From Cupriavidus necator (lineage in GTDB: Bacteria > Pseudomonadota > Gammaproteobacteria > Burkholderiales > Burkholderiaceae): a DNA stretch of 32,000 bases. Both the position numbers and the translations under genes were made by a program. The notes below the pieces were generated by a model. It had not been told where the DNA came from, searched no databases, and saw only the letters and a list, made by a program, of their open reading frames with translations. Positions 20,595 to 29,062 of the stretch are shown here, piece after piece; within the stretch, counting starts at the first letter, position 1; the number at the start of each line of letters is the position of its first letter. The stretch spans positions 1,470,001 to 1,502,000 of the forward strand of contig NZ_CP066019.1 in NCBI RefSeq assembly GCF_016127575.1, read 5' to 3'.

Positions 20595-22552
20595 TATCGC
20601 TCCTCGCCAGTTGTAGATGTTGTACCGTCCGGTGCAACCGAGATGCCGATTTCGAACGGGTAACGCCCAAGCACTGCAGCAGCTTGCTTGAGATTGGAAG
20701 CGTGGAGTTCGACAGAAATCCGGATTCCGCCCGGCGCGGCTGTGGTCGCCATGACTTCCTCACAATCGATCCCGGCTTCGGCAAGCGCCAAGCGCGCCAC
20801 GTCAGCGGCCTCGCGCCGCCTCAGTTCCGGCTTGAAGATCTTGCCGACACCCGTGAGCGGAATCCTGTCGACGATCCTGATTCGCTTGGGCAACGCGGCA
20901 CGCTCACCGATTTCGGCGCGGATGAACTCGGCGAGCTCGGACTCAGTCGCCGTGGAGCCAGGTGTGAGCTGCACATATGCCACTGGCAACTCGCCCGCGT
21001 ACACGTCGGGGCGACCCACGGCGGCGGCGATCTGGACCGACGGATGGCGATGAAGTGGCTCCTCGATTGCAGTGGGATCAATATTGTGGCCACCTCGAAT
21101 GATCAGGTCCTTCATGCGTCCGACAAGCCAGAAATAGCCGTCGGTATCGCAACGACCCAGGTCTCCGGTGTTGAGCCAGCGCCTGCCGTCGCCCAGTTCG
21201 AGCCAGAGCTTCTCGCTCTGTTCGTCACGCAAGTAGCCGCCGAACACGTTCGCTCCCGAGATGACCAGCAGCCCCACTTCACCGATGGAACAGTCACGCA
21301 CGTACCGGCCGGCATCATCGACAACAACCGCTTTCATTTCCTGACCCGGGACGCGCAGGCCGATCGAGCCGAGCCTGCGGTCGCCGTTCGGAGGATTGAC
21401 TGCGCTTACGCACGTCCCCTCTGTCAGACCATAGCCCTCAAGGATCCGGATTCCCGTTCGTTCCTGAAAAGTGCGGAAAACTTCGGCTGGCATCGGCGCA
21501 GCGCCACACAGGCCATATTCAAGTGAACTGATATCGTGCGCGTTGACGGGGACGTCCAGAAGCGAAGCATAGAGCGTTGGCACCGCGCCGAAGAAGTTGA
21601 CGCGATGGTGCGCTACGATCTCCCAGAATCGCTGGACCACACCTTCACCGCGAAAACCATGAGGCGTTCCGAGTATGACGTGAGCACCTCTGGAGAAAGG
21701 CAGTAAGCCAGTCGCCATGACGGCATTGACATGGAAAAGCGGAAGGCCACAAAAGATCGTCTTGCCAGGACCGATGCTTTCCCCGAAAAACTGGCCCGCG
21801 CTCCAGGCGTTGGCGACTTCATTACCATGACATCGCATGGCAATCTTCGGCATACCAGTGGTACCGCCCGTACAGAAGTAAGACGACGAGTCGCCGGCGT
21901 TGAAACGGCGAGCGCTGTCAAGCCTGGTTCCCGATTCACGCGCGATGGTGGTACCGAAGTCGTGCAACTGGAGGTGCGCCGGGACCGCGCGACCCAGCGC
22001 GCCATCCTCCGCCGCCATTCGGTCGGCGAAACGCCGTGGGCCTGGCACGCGATCAGCCATATTCACGAGCACAAGATGCCGCAAGGACGGGATCTTGTGC
22101 AGAACGGGCTGCACTTTTTGCCAAAGGTCGGCCCCGGGGAAAGGTGCCAGCGTCACAAGGACGCTGGCACCGGCTGCGCCGAGCAACTCGGCGATCGCCT
22201 CGCCTTCGAGAAGCGGACTGATAGCGCAAACGATACCCGCTGCTTGGCCACCCCAGATCACCAAATGCGTTTCGGGCAAGTTGGGGAGAACATACCCGAT
22301 CACTGAACGCGGCCCTGCACCGATCCTGCCGAACATGTTTGCCGTCCGCGTGATGTCCCGGATCAGTTCCCCATAACTCCAGCACTCGATATCGCGAAAT
22401 GCGTCGGCGCAAGGAAAGTATGAGAGCGCTGGCGCCGACGGATTGATGGCCGCGCCACGGCAGATCATCTCGTATGTACTGTGAGGCAGGTCCGCCGGCA
22501 TGCCTTGCGTTTCGATGGCAAGGACTTCGTTCTGGTTGGCAATGCCCTTCAT
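20594..22552 (-). CDS. AMP-forming acyl-CoA synthetase/ligase (ANL superfamily) with a C-terminal extension
   Basis: 652 aa from MKGIANQ (ATG 22550-22552, GGGAGA 4 nt upstream). AMP-binding motifs YFCTGGTTGMPK, EGYGLTEG, NTGDLGR and GKIFKPELRR. About 70-75 further residues follow the A10 Lys motif. The track start at 22702 would overlap the upstream gene. Confidence 0.85.
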   Translation of the reverse strand: MKGIANQNEVLAIETQGMPADLPHSTYEMICRGAAINPSAPALSYFPCADAFRDIECWSYGELIRDITRTANMFGRIGAGPRSVIGYVLPNLPETHLVIWGGQAAGIVCAISPLLEGEAIAELLGAAGASVLVTLAPFPGADLWQKVQPVLHKIPSLRHLVLVNMADRVPGPRRFADRMAAEDGALGRAVPAHLQLHDFGTTIARESGTRLDSARRFNAGDSSSYFCTGGTTGMPKIAMRCHGNEVANAWSAGQFFGESIGPGKTIFCGLPLFHVNAVMATGLLPFSRGAHVILGTPHGFRGEGVVQRFWEIVAHHRVNFFGAVPTLYASLLDVPVNAHDISSLEYGLCGAAPMPAEVFRTFQERTGIRILEGYGLTEGTCVSAVNPPNGDRRLGSIGLRVPGQEMKAVVVDDAGRYVRDCSIGEVGLLVISGANVFGGYLRDEQSEKLWLELGDGRRWLNTGDLGRCDTDGYFWLVGRMKDLIIRGGHNIDPTAIEEPLHRHPSVQIAAAVGRPDVYAGELPVAYVQLTPGSTATESELAEFIRAEIGERAALPKRIRIVDRIPLTGVGKIFKPELRRREAADVARLALAEAGIDCEEVMATTAAPGGIRISVELHASNLKQAAAVLGRYPFEIGISVAPDGTTSTTGEER

Positions 22553-22580
22553 GGTGTCTCCCGTTGGCTGATGGCGAGTG

Positions 22581-24332
22581 TCACGCTCCAACCCTTTCGC
22601 CATGCGCGCGGTGAGCGGGTGCCTTTGCTCCTTGTGTAAGGTCAGGCGCAGAATTCCTCGGACCGCACTCGCCATAGTCGAAGTTGGCCAGGTGGCAGGC
22701 AAACTGCTTCAATAGCGCGGGCGCGTCCATCTTCGGCAGGTTCAGTTCGACAAAAACAAGACAGTCCGCGGATTCGGCGCGGCCGAGCGCCACGTCCAGC
22801 TCGCCTACCGTGCGCACCTCGATCGATAGCGACCTGTCGTGCCGGTCGAAGGCACGGGCCAGGTCCGTATACCGCCAGTTGTCGACATCGTTATATGCGG
22901 AGTTCTCTCCCAGGATCATCCGCTCTATCGTGTATCCGCCGTTGTTCAGCAGGAAGATTACCGGCTTCAAGCCTCGGCGCAGTATCGAAGACAGTTCCTG
23001 GGCAGTGAACTGGAACGAGCCGTCGCCGATGAAAAGCAGGTGCCGCCGCGACGACGCACCCACATGCGAGCCGAACAGCGCCGGCAACGAAAAGCCGACA
23101 GCGCCCCACGTTGGCGCCGCAATGTAACTTGCGCCCGCCGGCAAGCTCATCGAAACAAGCCCCGCATGCGCAGTGCCGGCTTCGCCCACGATCACATCAC
23201 CGGGCTGCAGGAACCGGCGGACGCGAGGCCAGAGTGTGGCGTGCGTCAGGGGGGCATCGTCGGATACCGGCGCCGGATCGGTGAGGTTCGCAGGGGCAGA
23301 CAACTCACCCGCGAGCGGTCGGGAATTGGACTTCGCACTCTCGTGAACTCCGGCGAGTACGTCCCGTAGCGTGACGCCCGGCATCTGGGTCGTACCGATA
23401 CTCAGATCGTGCCGGCGCAGATCGATAAAGGACTCCATATTGATTCGCTGTGAGAATAGCGCCGTGCTCGAGTCGGTGAAGCGCAGGCCCACGCCGATCA
23501 GGCAGTCCGTGTTCTCGACGACGTGGCGCACTGATGCGGCGCTCGCGGCACCGGCGTAGCTGCCGATATAGTGGCTGCAAGTTTCATCGATTGCGCCCTT
23601 CGCCGGCATGAGCGATGCGCATGGGATGGCACACTTTTCCGCGATCTTGACGATAAGGTCCGTCACGCCAAAACGATCCGCGTCTGCGTCGACAAGCAAC
23701 ACGGGAGCGCGGGCGGCGTCGAGCGCTTCGACAATGCGCTGAACCGCGACGCGGAGTTGCCGCGGATCGCTCGCAGGGTCGGCAAGCAAGAGTGGCGCGT
23801 CCGGCACTTCAACGACGATGTGGGTGACATCCGACGGTAACTGCAGGTGTACGGGCCGGCGCTCCAGCCAGCAGGATCGCAATACCCGATCGATCTCGTA
23901 TGCGGCGTTGGCAGGCGTGATACGCGCTTGGGCAACGGTGAACTCGGACATGCAGCGGCCGATGTTCTCGTAATCGCCGTCCACCAGCGTATGGTGGACG
24001 AGCGCACCACTGTTGACTGCGTGGAGCGGCGGCGCGCCCGTGATATGTACGACCGGCACGTTCTCGGCGTACGCTCCCGCGATGCCTCCGATGGCGGCGA
24101 GATCTCCGACCCCAAAGGTGGTGACAAACGCCGCAAGGCCCGAAGTACGGGCATACCCGTCCGCAGCGTAGGCGGCATTCAACTCATTGCAGTTTCCGAC
24201 GAACTCGATACCACGGGCATCATGGATCTGCTCGAGGAACGACAGGTTAAAGTCGCCAGGCACGCCAAAAACGTGACGTACACCCGCCTCCTTGAGTCTG
24301 CGGGCAAGGAATGTCCCGATTTGCATACGCAT
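22581..24332 (-). CDS. ThDP-dependent 2-oxo-acid decarboxylase (pyruvate/indolepyruvate/phenylpyruvate decarboxylase family)
   Basis: About 583 aa from MRMQIGTFLARRLKEAGVRHVFGVPGDFNLSFLEQI, a PDC/IPDC-type N-terminus. ThDP motif GDGSFQFTAQE...NNGGYTIER. Start at ATG 24330-24332 or 24324-24326. Confidence 0.85.
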   Translation of the reverse strand: MRMQIGTFLARRLKEAGVRHVFGVPGDFNLSFLEQIHDARGIEFVGNCNELNAAYAADGYARTSGLAAFVTTFGVGDLAAIGGIAGAYAENVPVVHITGAPPLHAVNSGALVHHTLVDGDYENIGRCMSEFTVAQARITPANAAYEIDRVLRSCWLERRPVHLQLPSDVTHIVVEVPDAPLLLADPASDPRQLRVAVQRIVEALDAARAPVLLVDADADRFGVTDLIVKIAEKCAIPCASLMPAKGAIDETCSHYIGSYAGAASAASVRHVVENTDCLIGVGLRFTDSSTALFSQRINMESFIDLRRHDLSIGTTQMPGVTLRDVLAGVHESAKSNSRPLAGELSAPANLTDPAPVSDDAPLTHATLWPRVRRFLQPGDVIVGEAGTAHAGLVSMSLPAGASYIAAPTWGAVGFSLPALFGSHVGASSRRHLLFIGDGSFQFTAQELSSILRRGLKPVIFLLNNGGYTIERMILGENSAYNDVDNWRYTDLARAFDRHDRSLSIEVRTVGELDVALGRAESADCLVFVELNLPKMDAPALLKQFACHLANFDYGECGPRNSAPDLTQGAKAPAHRAHGERVGA

Positions 24333-24519
24333 GATGATGTCACTCCACGGTGAAGGGTCATTGCAGGGCTGGCCGTGAACTCGAACCGCAGACCGTCCTG
24401 GCTTCAATCAAACCGCTACTGCGGTGCAGCGTGCTCGCATGCTACGAGCGGACCGTCTCGCCAGTCTGTAAGATGTCTTGCAATTGCAGGATTCATTAAG
24501 CGCTTTCGACTGCCCCACC

Positions 24520-25206
24520 ATGGATCTCAACGCGCCCCTCATTGAGAAAATGTCCGGAAACCCGTGGTTTCAATCGCTGCCCATGGCCGAGCGACAAAAC
24601 CTGGTGGGAAACAGTACCCAGGTACGACTCGCCGTTGGCGAGTCATTGTTCCGGCGCGGCGATCCGCCGGCCGGCTTCTTCGGTATCGTTGACGGACGCT
24701 TGAAGGCGTCAAGCGTCCGCAGTGACGGCAAGGAAGGCATCCTCGTCATCCTCGAGCAAGGCAACTGGTTCGGACAAATGTCCACCATTACCGGGTGGCC
24801 AAGCGCTTTTGACGTTACCGCGGTCGAGGCCGCTCTTGTCCTGAAGCTCAGCCCTGAAGCGTTCAATGCATTTATGCAGAACGCCGTGTTTGCGAGAGCC
24901 ATCGCCGTACTGCTGTGCCAGCACACGAGCCTGCTCTATCAGATGCTCGAAGACGCGACGCTCCATTCCACTCGTACAAGGATCGCCCGTCGTTTGATGC
25001 GTCTTGCTCGTGGTGACGCAACTCTGGCTGCCGAGCATCGGGCGAAAATCCCTGTTTCCCAGGATACGCTCGCCATGATGCTTGGCATTTCGCGCCAGAC
25101 ACTTGCTCTTGAACTCAAGGCGATGGCTGCGCAAGGTGCCGTTGCCTTGCGCTACGGGCACGTCGAGATCGTTTCCATGGACGTTCTCATGTCGTTCGAC
25201 GACTAG
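24520..25206 (+). CDS. Crp/Fnr-family transcriptional regulator
   Basis: cNMP-binding-like beta-barrel (LFRRGDPPAGFFGIVDGRLK) and C-terminal HTH (VSQDTLAMMLGISRQTLALELKAMAAQGAV). The start is uncertain: TTG 24478, ATG 24520 or ATG 24550. None has a strong RBS. Confidence 0.8.
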   Translation: MDLNAPLIEKMSGNPWFQSLPMAERQNLVGNSTQVRLAVGESLFRRGDPPAGFFGIVDGRLKASSVRSDGKEGILVILEQGNWFGQMSTITGWPSAFDVTAVEAALVLKLSPEAFNAFMQNAVFARAIAVLLCQHTSLLYQMLEDATLHSTRTRIARRLMRLARGDATLAAEHRAKIPVSQDTLAMMLGISRQTLALELKAMAAQGAVALRYGHVEIVSMDVLMSFDD

Positions 25207-26578
25207 GGGCGGTCGAAGGCAAAGCGCGATCCACGCCATGAAGCCGCGACATGACTACGCCGGCTGAGACCAGCAGCGCCGCAAGGACATACAATCCAAT
25301 TGAAGTGCTTCCTGTTGCTGTCTTCAGCAAGCCCATCGAAGCTGGGCAAAGCACTCCGGCCAGGCCCGAAAGGGTCGTTATTGCGGCTATCCCTACAGCG
25401 GCCACGTTCTTCGGCAAGACGCTGGTCGCAATTGCCCAGAAGACCGGGAACGCCGATACAACACCAGCGGTCGCTGCCGAAACAAGGGTCATCGACATCC
25501 ACAGGCTGCCTGTTGTACAAGCTGTCGCAGCAAGTCCGAGCGCTGCAACGCAAGTGGCGATGACAAAGCTCTGCCTGTGACTGCGGCGCGCATCCGACCG
25601 ACGCGCGACCCAAAACATGGCCAGCATGCCGATGGAGTACGGAATGAGCGAGTAGAAACCGACTTCCTGTACGTTCGAGAATCCCCAGCCATGAATCATC
25701 TCTGGTAGCCAGAAGCTGAGCGTGTAGGCGCCACAGCTAATCGCGAAGTACAGGTATCCAAGCGCGAAGAACGACGGCAGTCGCCATATGCCGCGGATCC
25801 CGCCGCCTCCAGATGCCGGCGTTTGATGTGGCACAAGGGCCGTATGCGAAGCAACCAATTGGCGTTGCCTTTCACTCAGCCACGTGGCCTGCTCCGGCTG
25901 ATCTGTCAGGTAGAAGTAGGCAATAATGCCTAGCAAGGAAGCCGGGAGGCCCTGCAGCACAAACATCCATTGCCATCCCTTCAGGCCCCACAGGCTGTTG
26001 AGGTTCTGGATGATCCATCCTGACAGCGGACCTGCGATCATGCCCGCGGCAACTCCGGCTGCCATGAGCATGGCGATGATCCTGGCGCGTCGCTCTGGTG
26101 GGTACCAGAACGTAAGGTAGAGCACGACGCCGGGAAAGAATCCTGCTTCGAAGACGCCGAGCAGGAAGCGGACGATATAGAACTCCATCGGGGTTCTGAC
26201 AAGCAGCGTTGCGGTCGACGCCAAGCCCCAGAGCAACATGATTCGCAAGAGGGTCTTGCGGGCACCAATCCTCTGCATGACAAGATTGCTCGGTATCTCG
26301 AACAGCAGGTAGCCCACATAGAACATGCTGGCCCCGATGCCATACACTGCGGCAGAAAAGCCCAGTTCGGACCTCATCTGCAGTTGCGCATATCCGATGT
26401 TGATACGGTCGATATGGTTTAGTACGCAGCAGATGAACAGCAATGGCATCAATCGAAGCGTAATCCCCCGGTAGGTCAACTCGATGTCGCCGTCCGCGAC
26501 TACCTGCTCGCCGGACGCCAACGCGTCGCCATTCAATTCGTGCACTGCGTCCGCCTGCATTCCTGAAAGAACCTTCAT
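25187..26578 (-). CDS. MFS transporter, anion:cation symporter (ACS) type, organic-acid uptake
   Basis: About 463 aa. Motifs HIDRINIGYAQL and MQRIGARKTL, with 12 predicted TM spans. Resembles the tartrate/hexuronate/aromatic-acid permease group. Start chosen at ATG 26576-26578 (GGAG 6 nt upstream). An alternative ATG is at 26590. Confidence 0.8.
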   Translation of the reverse strand: MKVLSGMQADAVHELNGDALASGEQVVADGDIELTYRGITLRLMPLLFICCVLNHIDRINIGYAQLQMRSELGFSAAVYGIGASMFYVGYLLFEIPSNLVMQRIGARKTLLRIMLLWGLASTATLLVRTPMEFYIVRFLLGVFEAGFFPGVVLYLTFWYPPERRARIIAMLMAAGVAAGMIAGPLSGWIIQNLNSLWGLKGWQWMFVLQGLPASLLGIIAYFYLTDQPEQATWLSERQRQLVASHTALVPHQTPASGGGGIRGIWRLPSFFALGYLYFAISCGAYTLSFWLPEMIHGWGFSNVQEVGFYSLIPYSIGMLAMFWVARRSDARRSHRQSFVIATCVAALGLAATACTTGSLWMSMTLVSAATAGVVSAFPVFWAIATSVLPKNVAAVGIAAITTLSGLAGVLCPASMGLLKTATGSTSIGLYVLAALLVSAGVVMSRLHGVDRALPSTAPSRRTT

Positions 26579-26754
26579 CCTTATCTCCATCCGCCATTGA
26601 TCCCGCTCGATGCGATGATGGTAGGCAAGCGGAGGCGTGGGGAATGCCAGAAAATTGACAATCCTCGGGATAACGAGGTATTGCGGACATATCGCCCTAA
26701 GGCATGACGGCTGTCTGGAACCGCCAGGGCATTAACTCGCGCCACTACCGGTGA

Positions 26755-27350
26755 CAACACTGGGATAAGCCCGTCATTGCAAGAATTCTTGCGACGATCG
26801 CCGGCAACCTCGGTGTCTCGATCGACGAAGGCACCTGGGTGATCACGCTGTTCGCCGCGGCCAATGCTGTCGCGATCCCGCTGACCGGCTGGCTCACGCA
26901 GCGGATCGGACAGGTCCGCCTGTTCGTCGGCGCCATCCTGCTGTTCGTGCTGTCGTCCTGGCGATGCGGCGTGGCGCCCAACCTGACCACGCTGCTCGCC
27001 GCGGCCTGTTCGCCGCTGCCGTGACCTGGGCGATCTACCGCGACCGAAAAACGCCGACGCGCAAGCTGTCGATCGACATGGTAGGCCTGGCATCGCTGGT
27101 CACCTGGGTTGCGTCGCTGCAGATCATGCTCGACAAGGGCAAGAACCTGGACTGGTTCAGCTCGCCCGTCTTCACCGTGCTGATGGCCCCGGTGGTTGGC
27201 AAGATCCTGCCGAAGTCGGAGTTGCGCGTGCTCGCCACCCTCTCCTTCCTGGGATTCGCGGCGGTGTACTTCATGCGCTCGCACTACACCACGGGCGTGG
27301 ATACCTACACGCGACGCACGTCCCGCAGTCATGACAGAACGCCCGACTAA
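26755..27350 (+). pseudogene. Eroded EmrB/QacA-type (DHA2) MFS efflux pump remnant
   Basis: Three EmrB-like blocks. Block A: ...ATIAGNLGVSIDEGTWVITLFAAANAVAIPLTGWLTQRIGQVRLF...SSWRCGV. Block B, in a different frame: YRDRKTPTRKLSIDMVGLASLVTWVASLQIMLDKGKNLDWFSS. Block C, in frame with B: GKILPKSELRVLATLSFLGFAAVYFMRSHYT. TM1 is missing, as are about 85 and about 70 internal codons and the C-terminal third. Alignment to E. coli EmrB was done by eye from memory. Confidence 0.7.
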
Positions 27351-27368
27351 AGCGATAAACTTGAGTGG

Positions 27369-28376
27369 TCAGAGGACAATACCGTGCTCGGCCGTCGGCG
27401 CGGGGATATCGCACTTCTCGCCCAGCATGTCCATGAGTTCGTGTTCGATCTTCCGGCAGATCTGTGCCATGGGCACATCATTGGCGTTTCCTTCGAACGG
27501 GTTCTCCGTGCTTTCGCCCACTTGCTCCAGCGCGAGGTACATCCAGGAGATCATCGTGCTGAATGGAATGACCAGCCAGATCATGTTGCCATGCATGACG
27601 CCTGAAACGCTGGCATTGAGCTTTTCGAATTCCGTAATAATGCCAAAAGGCAGTAGCAGACAAAACGTACGGACAAAGAGCTTGTTGACGACCGCATATT
27701 GCCTGGGATACGGATAGTCCTTGATACGCTCCGCCCGTCCTTGCTGCGCGAAGAAGCCTCTGATCGATCCCACCAACTCCAGATAGAAGGCATTGCCGAT
27801 CTCGCCAGCGTCAAGGAGCCGCCTGATCGTCGCCGACTGCGTTCCCAGCAACCGGCTTGTCTTGCTCTCGGCGTGCGCAAGCGAGTCGAGTTCGGCCTGT
27901 GGCAGATACCGCGCAAGCGCCTCGTGCAATGGCGTCTCCCACTCTGGAACCCGGTAGTACTTCCGGTATTCCACGTTGGATGCCTTGCCCGCGCTTTCCC
28001 AGATCCTTGGGGTTCTCAGCTGGTAGCGGAGCGCCGTCAGCCACGCGCAATGGCGGAGAACCAGATCCCGCCCGGCCGCCTGCCCTGCCAGAAAGTCCTG
28101 GCTCATCATACCCAGACACCGGCTGCCGGTCAGGATCTCAGTCCAGATCTGCTGTGCCTCCAGGGCCCTGCTGTAGGTCTGCACATTCCGGAAACCCACG
28201 ATGAATGACGTGGCGGTGCCCAGCAGCACCACAACCGCGACCGGAATCGACAGCCATTTCAGCCCGAAGAACTGATAAAGGACTACGGGCAGCGAACCGC
28301 ATGCCAGCGAGGCATAAAGTTGCCGTCTCGACCAGAACGTGAACTCGGATATTGTGTACGATTTTCCCAGGTGCAT
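27369..28376 (-). CDS. Bacterial bestrophin-family (UPF0187/YneE) anion channel
   Basis: 335 aa. Matches KpBest/YneE signature regions as I recall them: IVGFRNVQTYSRALEAQQIWTEIL, FCLLLPFGII and ENPFEGNANDVPMAQICRKIEHELMDMLG. Confidence 0.8.
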   Translation of the reverse strand: MHLGKSYTISEFTFWSRRQLYASLACGSLPVVLYQFFGLKWLSIPVAVVVLLGTATSFIVGFRNVQTYSRALEAQQIWTEILTGSRCLGMMSQDFLAGQAAGRDLVLRHCAWLTALRYQLRTPRIWESAGKASNVEYRKYYRVPEWETPLHEALARYLPQAELDSLAHAESKTSRLLGTQSATIRRLLDAGEIGNAFYLELVGSIRGFFAQQGRAERIKDYPYPRQYAVVNKLFVRTFCLLLPFGIITEFEKLNASVSGVMHGNMIWLVIPFSTMISWMYLALEQVGESTENPFEGNANDVPMAQICRKIEHELMDMLGEKCDIPAPTAEHGIVL

Positions 28377-28397
28377 GGTGCGCGTCTCGCGGCAGTG

Positions 28398-28430
28398 CGG
28401 CAGTTCGCGGATCCAAGGTCCGAACTGCCG
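28398..28430. promoter_or_regulatory. Perfect 10-bp inverted repeat in the bestrophin gene leader
   Basis: CGGCAGTTCG (28398-28407), 13 nt, then CGAACTGCCG (28421-28430). It lies 22-54 nt upstream of the ATG at 28376. The adjacent GGCAGT is directly repeated (28392-97 and 28399-404). Confidence 0.5.
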
Positions 28431-28500
28431 GCAGGGGCAGCACGGCCAACCGCCTCACCACCGACCAGATCGCTACCCGGGACCTGGTTTTGTCATGGTG

Positions 28501-28529
28501 ATATTGCCAAGAAACCGACGTAGTATCAA
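28501..28529 (-). promoter_or_regulatory. Candidate sigma70 promoter for the bestrophin gene
   Basis: Minus strand: TTGATA (28529-28524), 17 nt, then CAATAT (28506-28501), in a locally AT-rich patch. The -10 is weak. Confidence 0.25.
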
Positions 28530-28560
28530 TTTCCGTCCCACAACCCTTCACGCCACCCCG

Positions 28561-28611
28561 GAAAACAGCGGCACGGCAAGAGCATGCGGCAGCGCCGCTC
28601 TTGCCGTGCCG
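28561..28611 (-). terminator. Rho-independent terminator of the NmrA-CMD-cupin operon
   Basis: ggcacggcaagagc (28571-28584) pairs perfectly (14 bp) with gctcttgccgtgcc (28598-28611). On the minus strand it is followed by CUGUUUUCC. A second hairpin, gcaccggca/tgccggtgc (28620-28638), sits between it and the cupin stop. Confidence 0.7.
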
Positions 28612-28653
28612 GACAGTGCGCACCGGCATTGCCGGTGCCTGAAGGGACGACGA

Positions 28654-29058
28654 CTACTTCACCGGCGTCAGGATCGGCGCGCCCTTTTTCTTGAGCAGGA
28701 ACACGACAAACTTTGCTGGCTGCGTCTTGCTGGCATTGCGTCCGACGGTGTGGATATCGTTGGGACCTTCGTGGAAGGTATCGCCCGGTTTGAGCGTTAC
28801 CTCTTTTCCGCCCTTGAGGCCCATGACGATGCTGCCCTCGAGCACGTAGACGAAGGCGTGGGCGTCATGGCGATGCACGGGATCGGCGCTGCCCGGCGGA
28901 TACTCCACGATGATCATCTCGGCTTCCTTCCCCGGATATTCGGGCAACGCTTCCTTGACCAGGGGCGTGACACTCGCCTCCGGCGCGGCGGCGGCCGGCT
29001 TTGCAACCGTCAGGCACGACAACACAAGGGCTGCCGCAACGGAAGTGACCGTCTTCAT
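28654..29058 (-). CDS. Secreted cupin-domain protein
   Basis: 134 aa. Signal peptide MKTVTSVAAALVLSCLTVAKPAAAAPEA. Cupin motifs PVHRHDAHAFVYVLEG and GDTFHEGPNDIHTVGRN. Starts 4 nt after the CMD stop, with GGAG upstream. Confidence 0.8.
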   Translation of the reverse strand: MKTVTSVAAALVLSCLTVAKPAAAAPEASVTPLVKEALPEYPGKEAEMIIVEYPPGSADPVHRHDAHAFVYVLEGSIVMGLKGGKEVTLKPGDTFHEGPNDIHTVGRNASKTQPAKFVVFLLKKKGAPILTPVK

Positions 29059-29062
29059 GGCA

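Noticed and set aside
26745-27332. 195-aa minus-strand ORF over the EmrB relic
   Set aside because: It is antisense to clear EmrB-like coding blocks and has no recognisable domain, so it is a by-product of the relic's codon bias.
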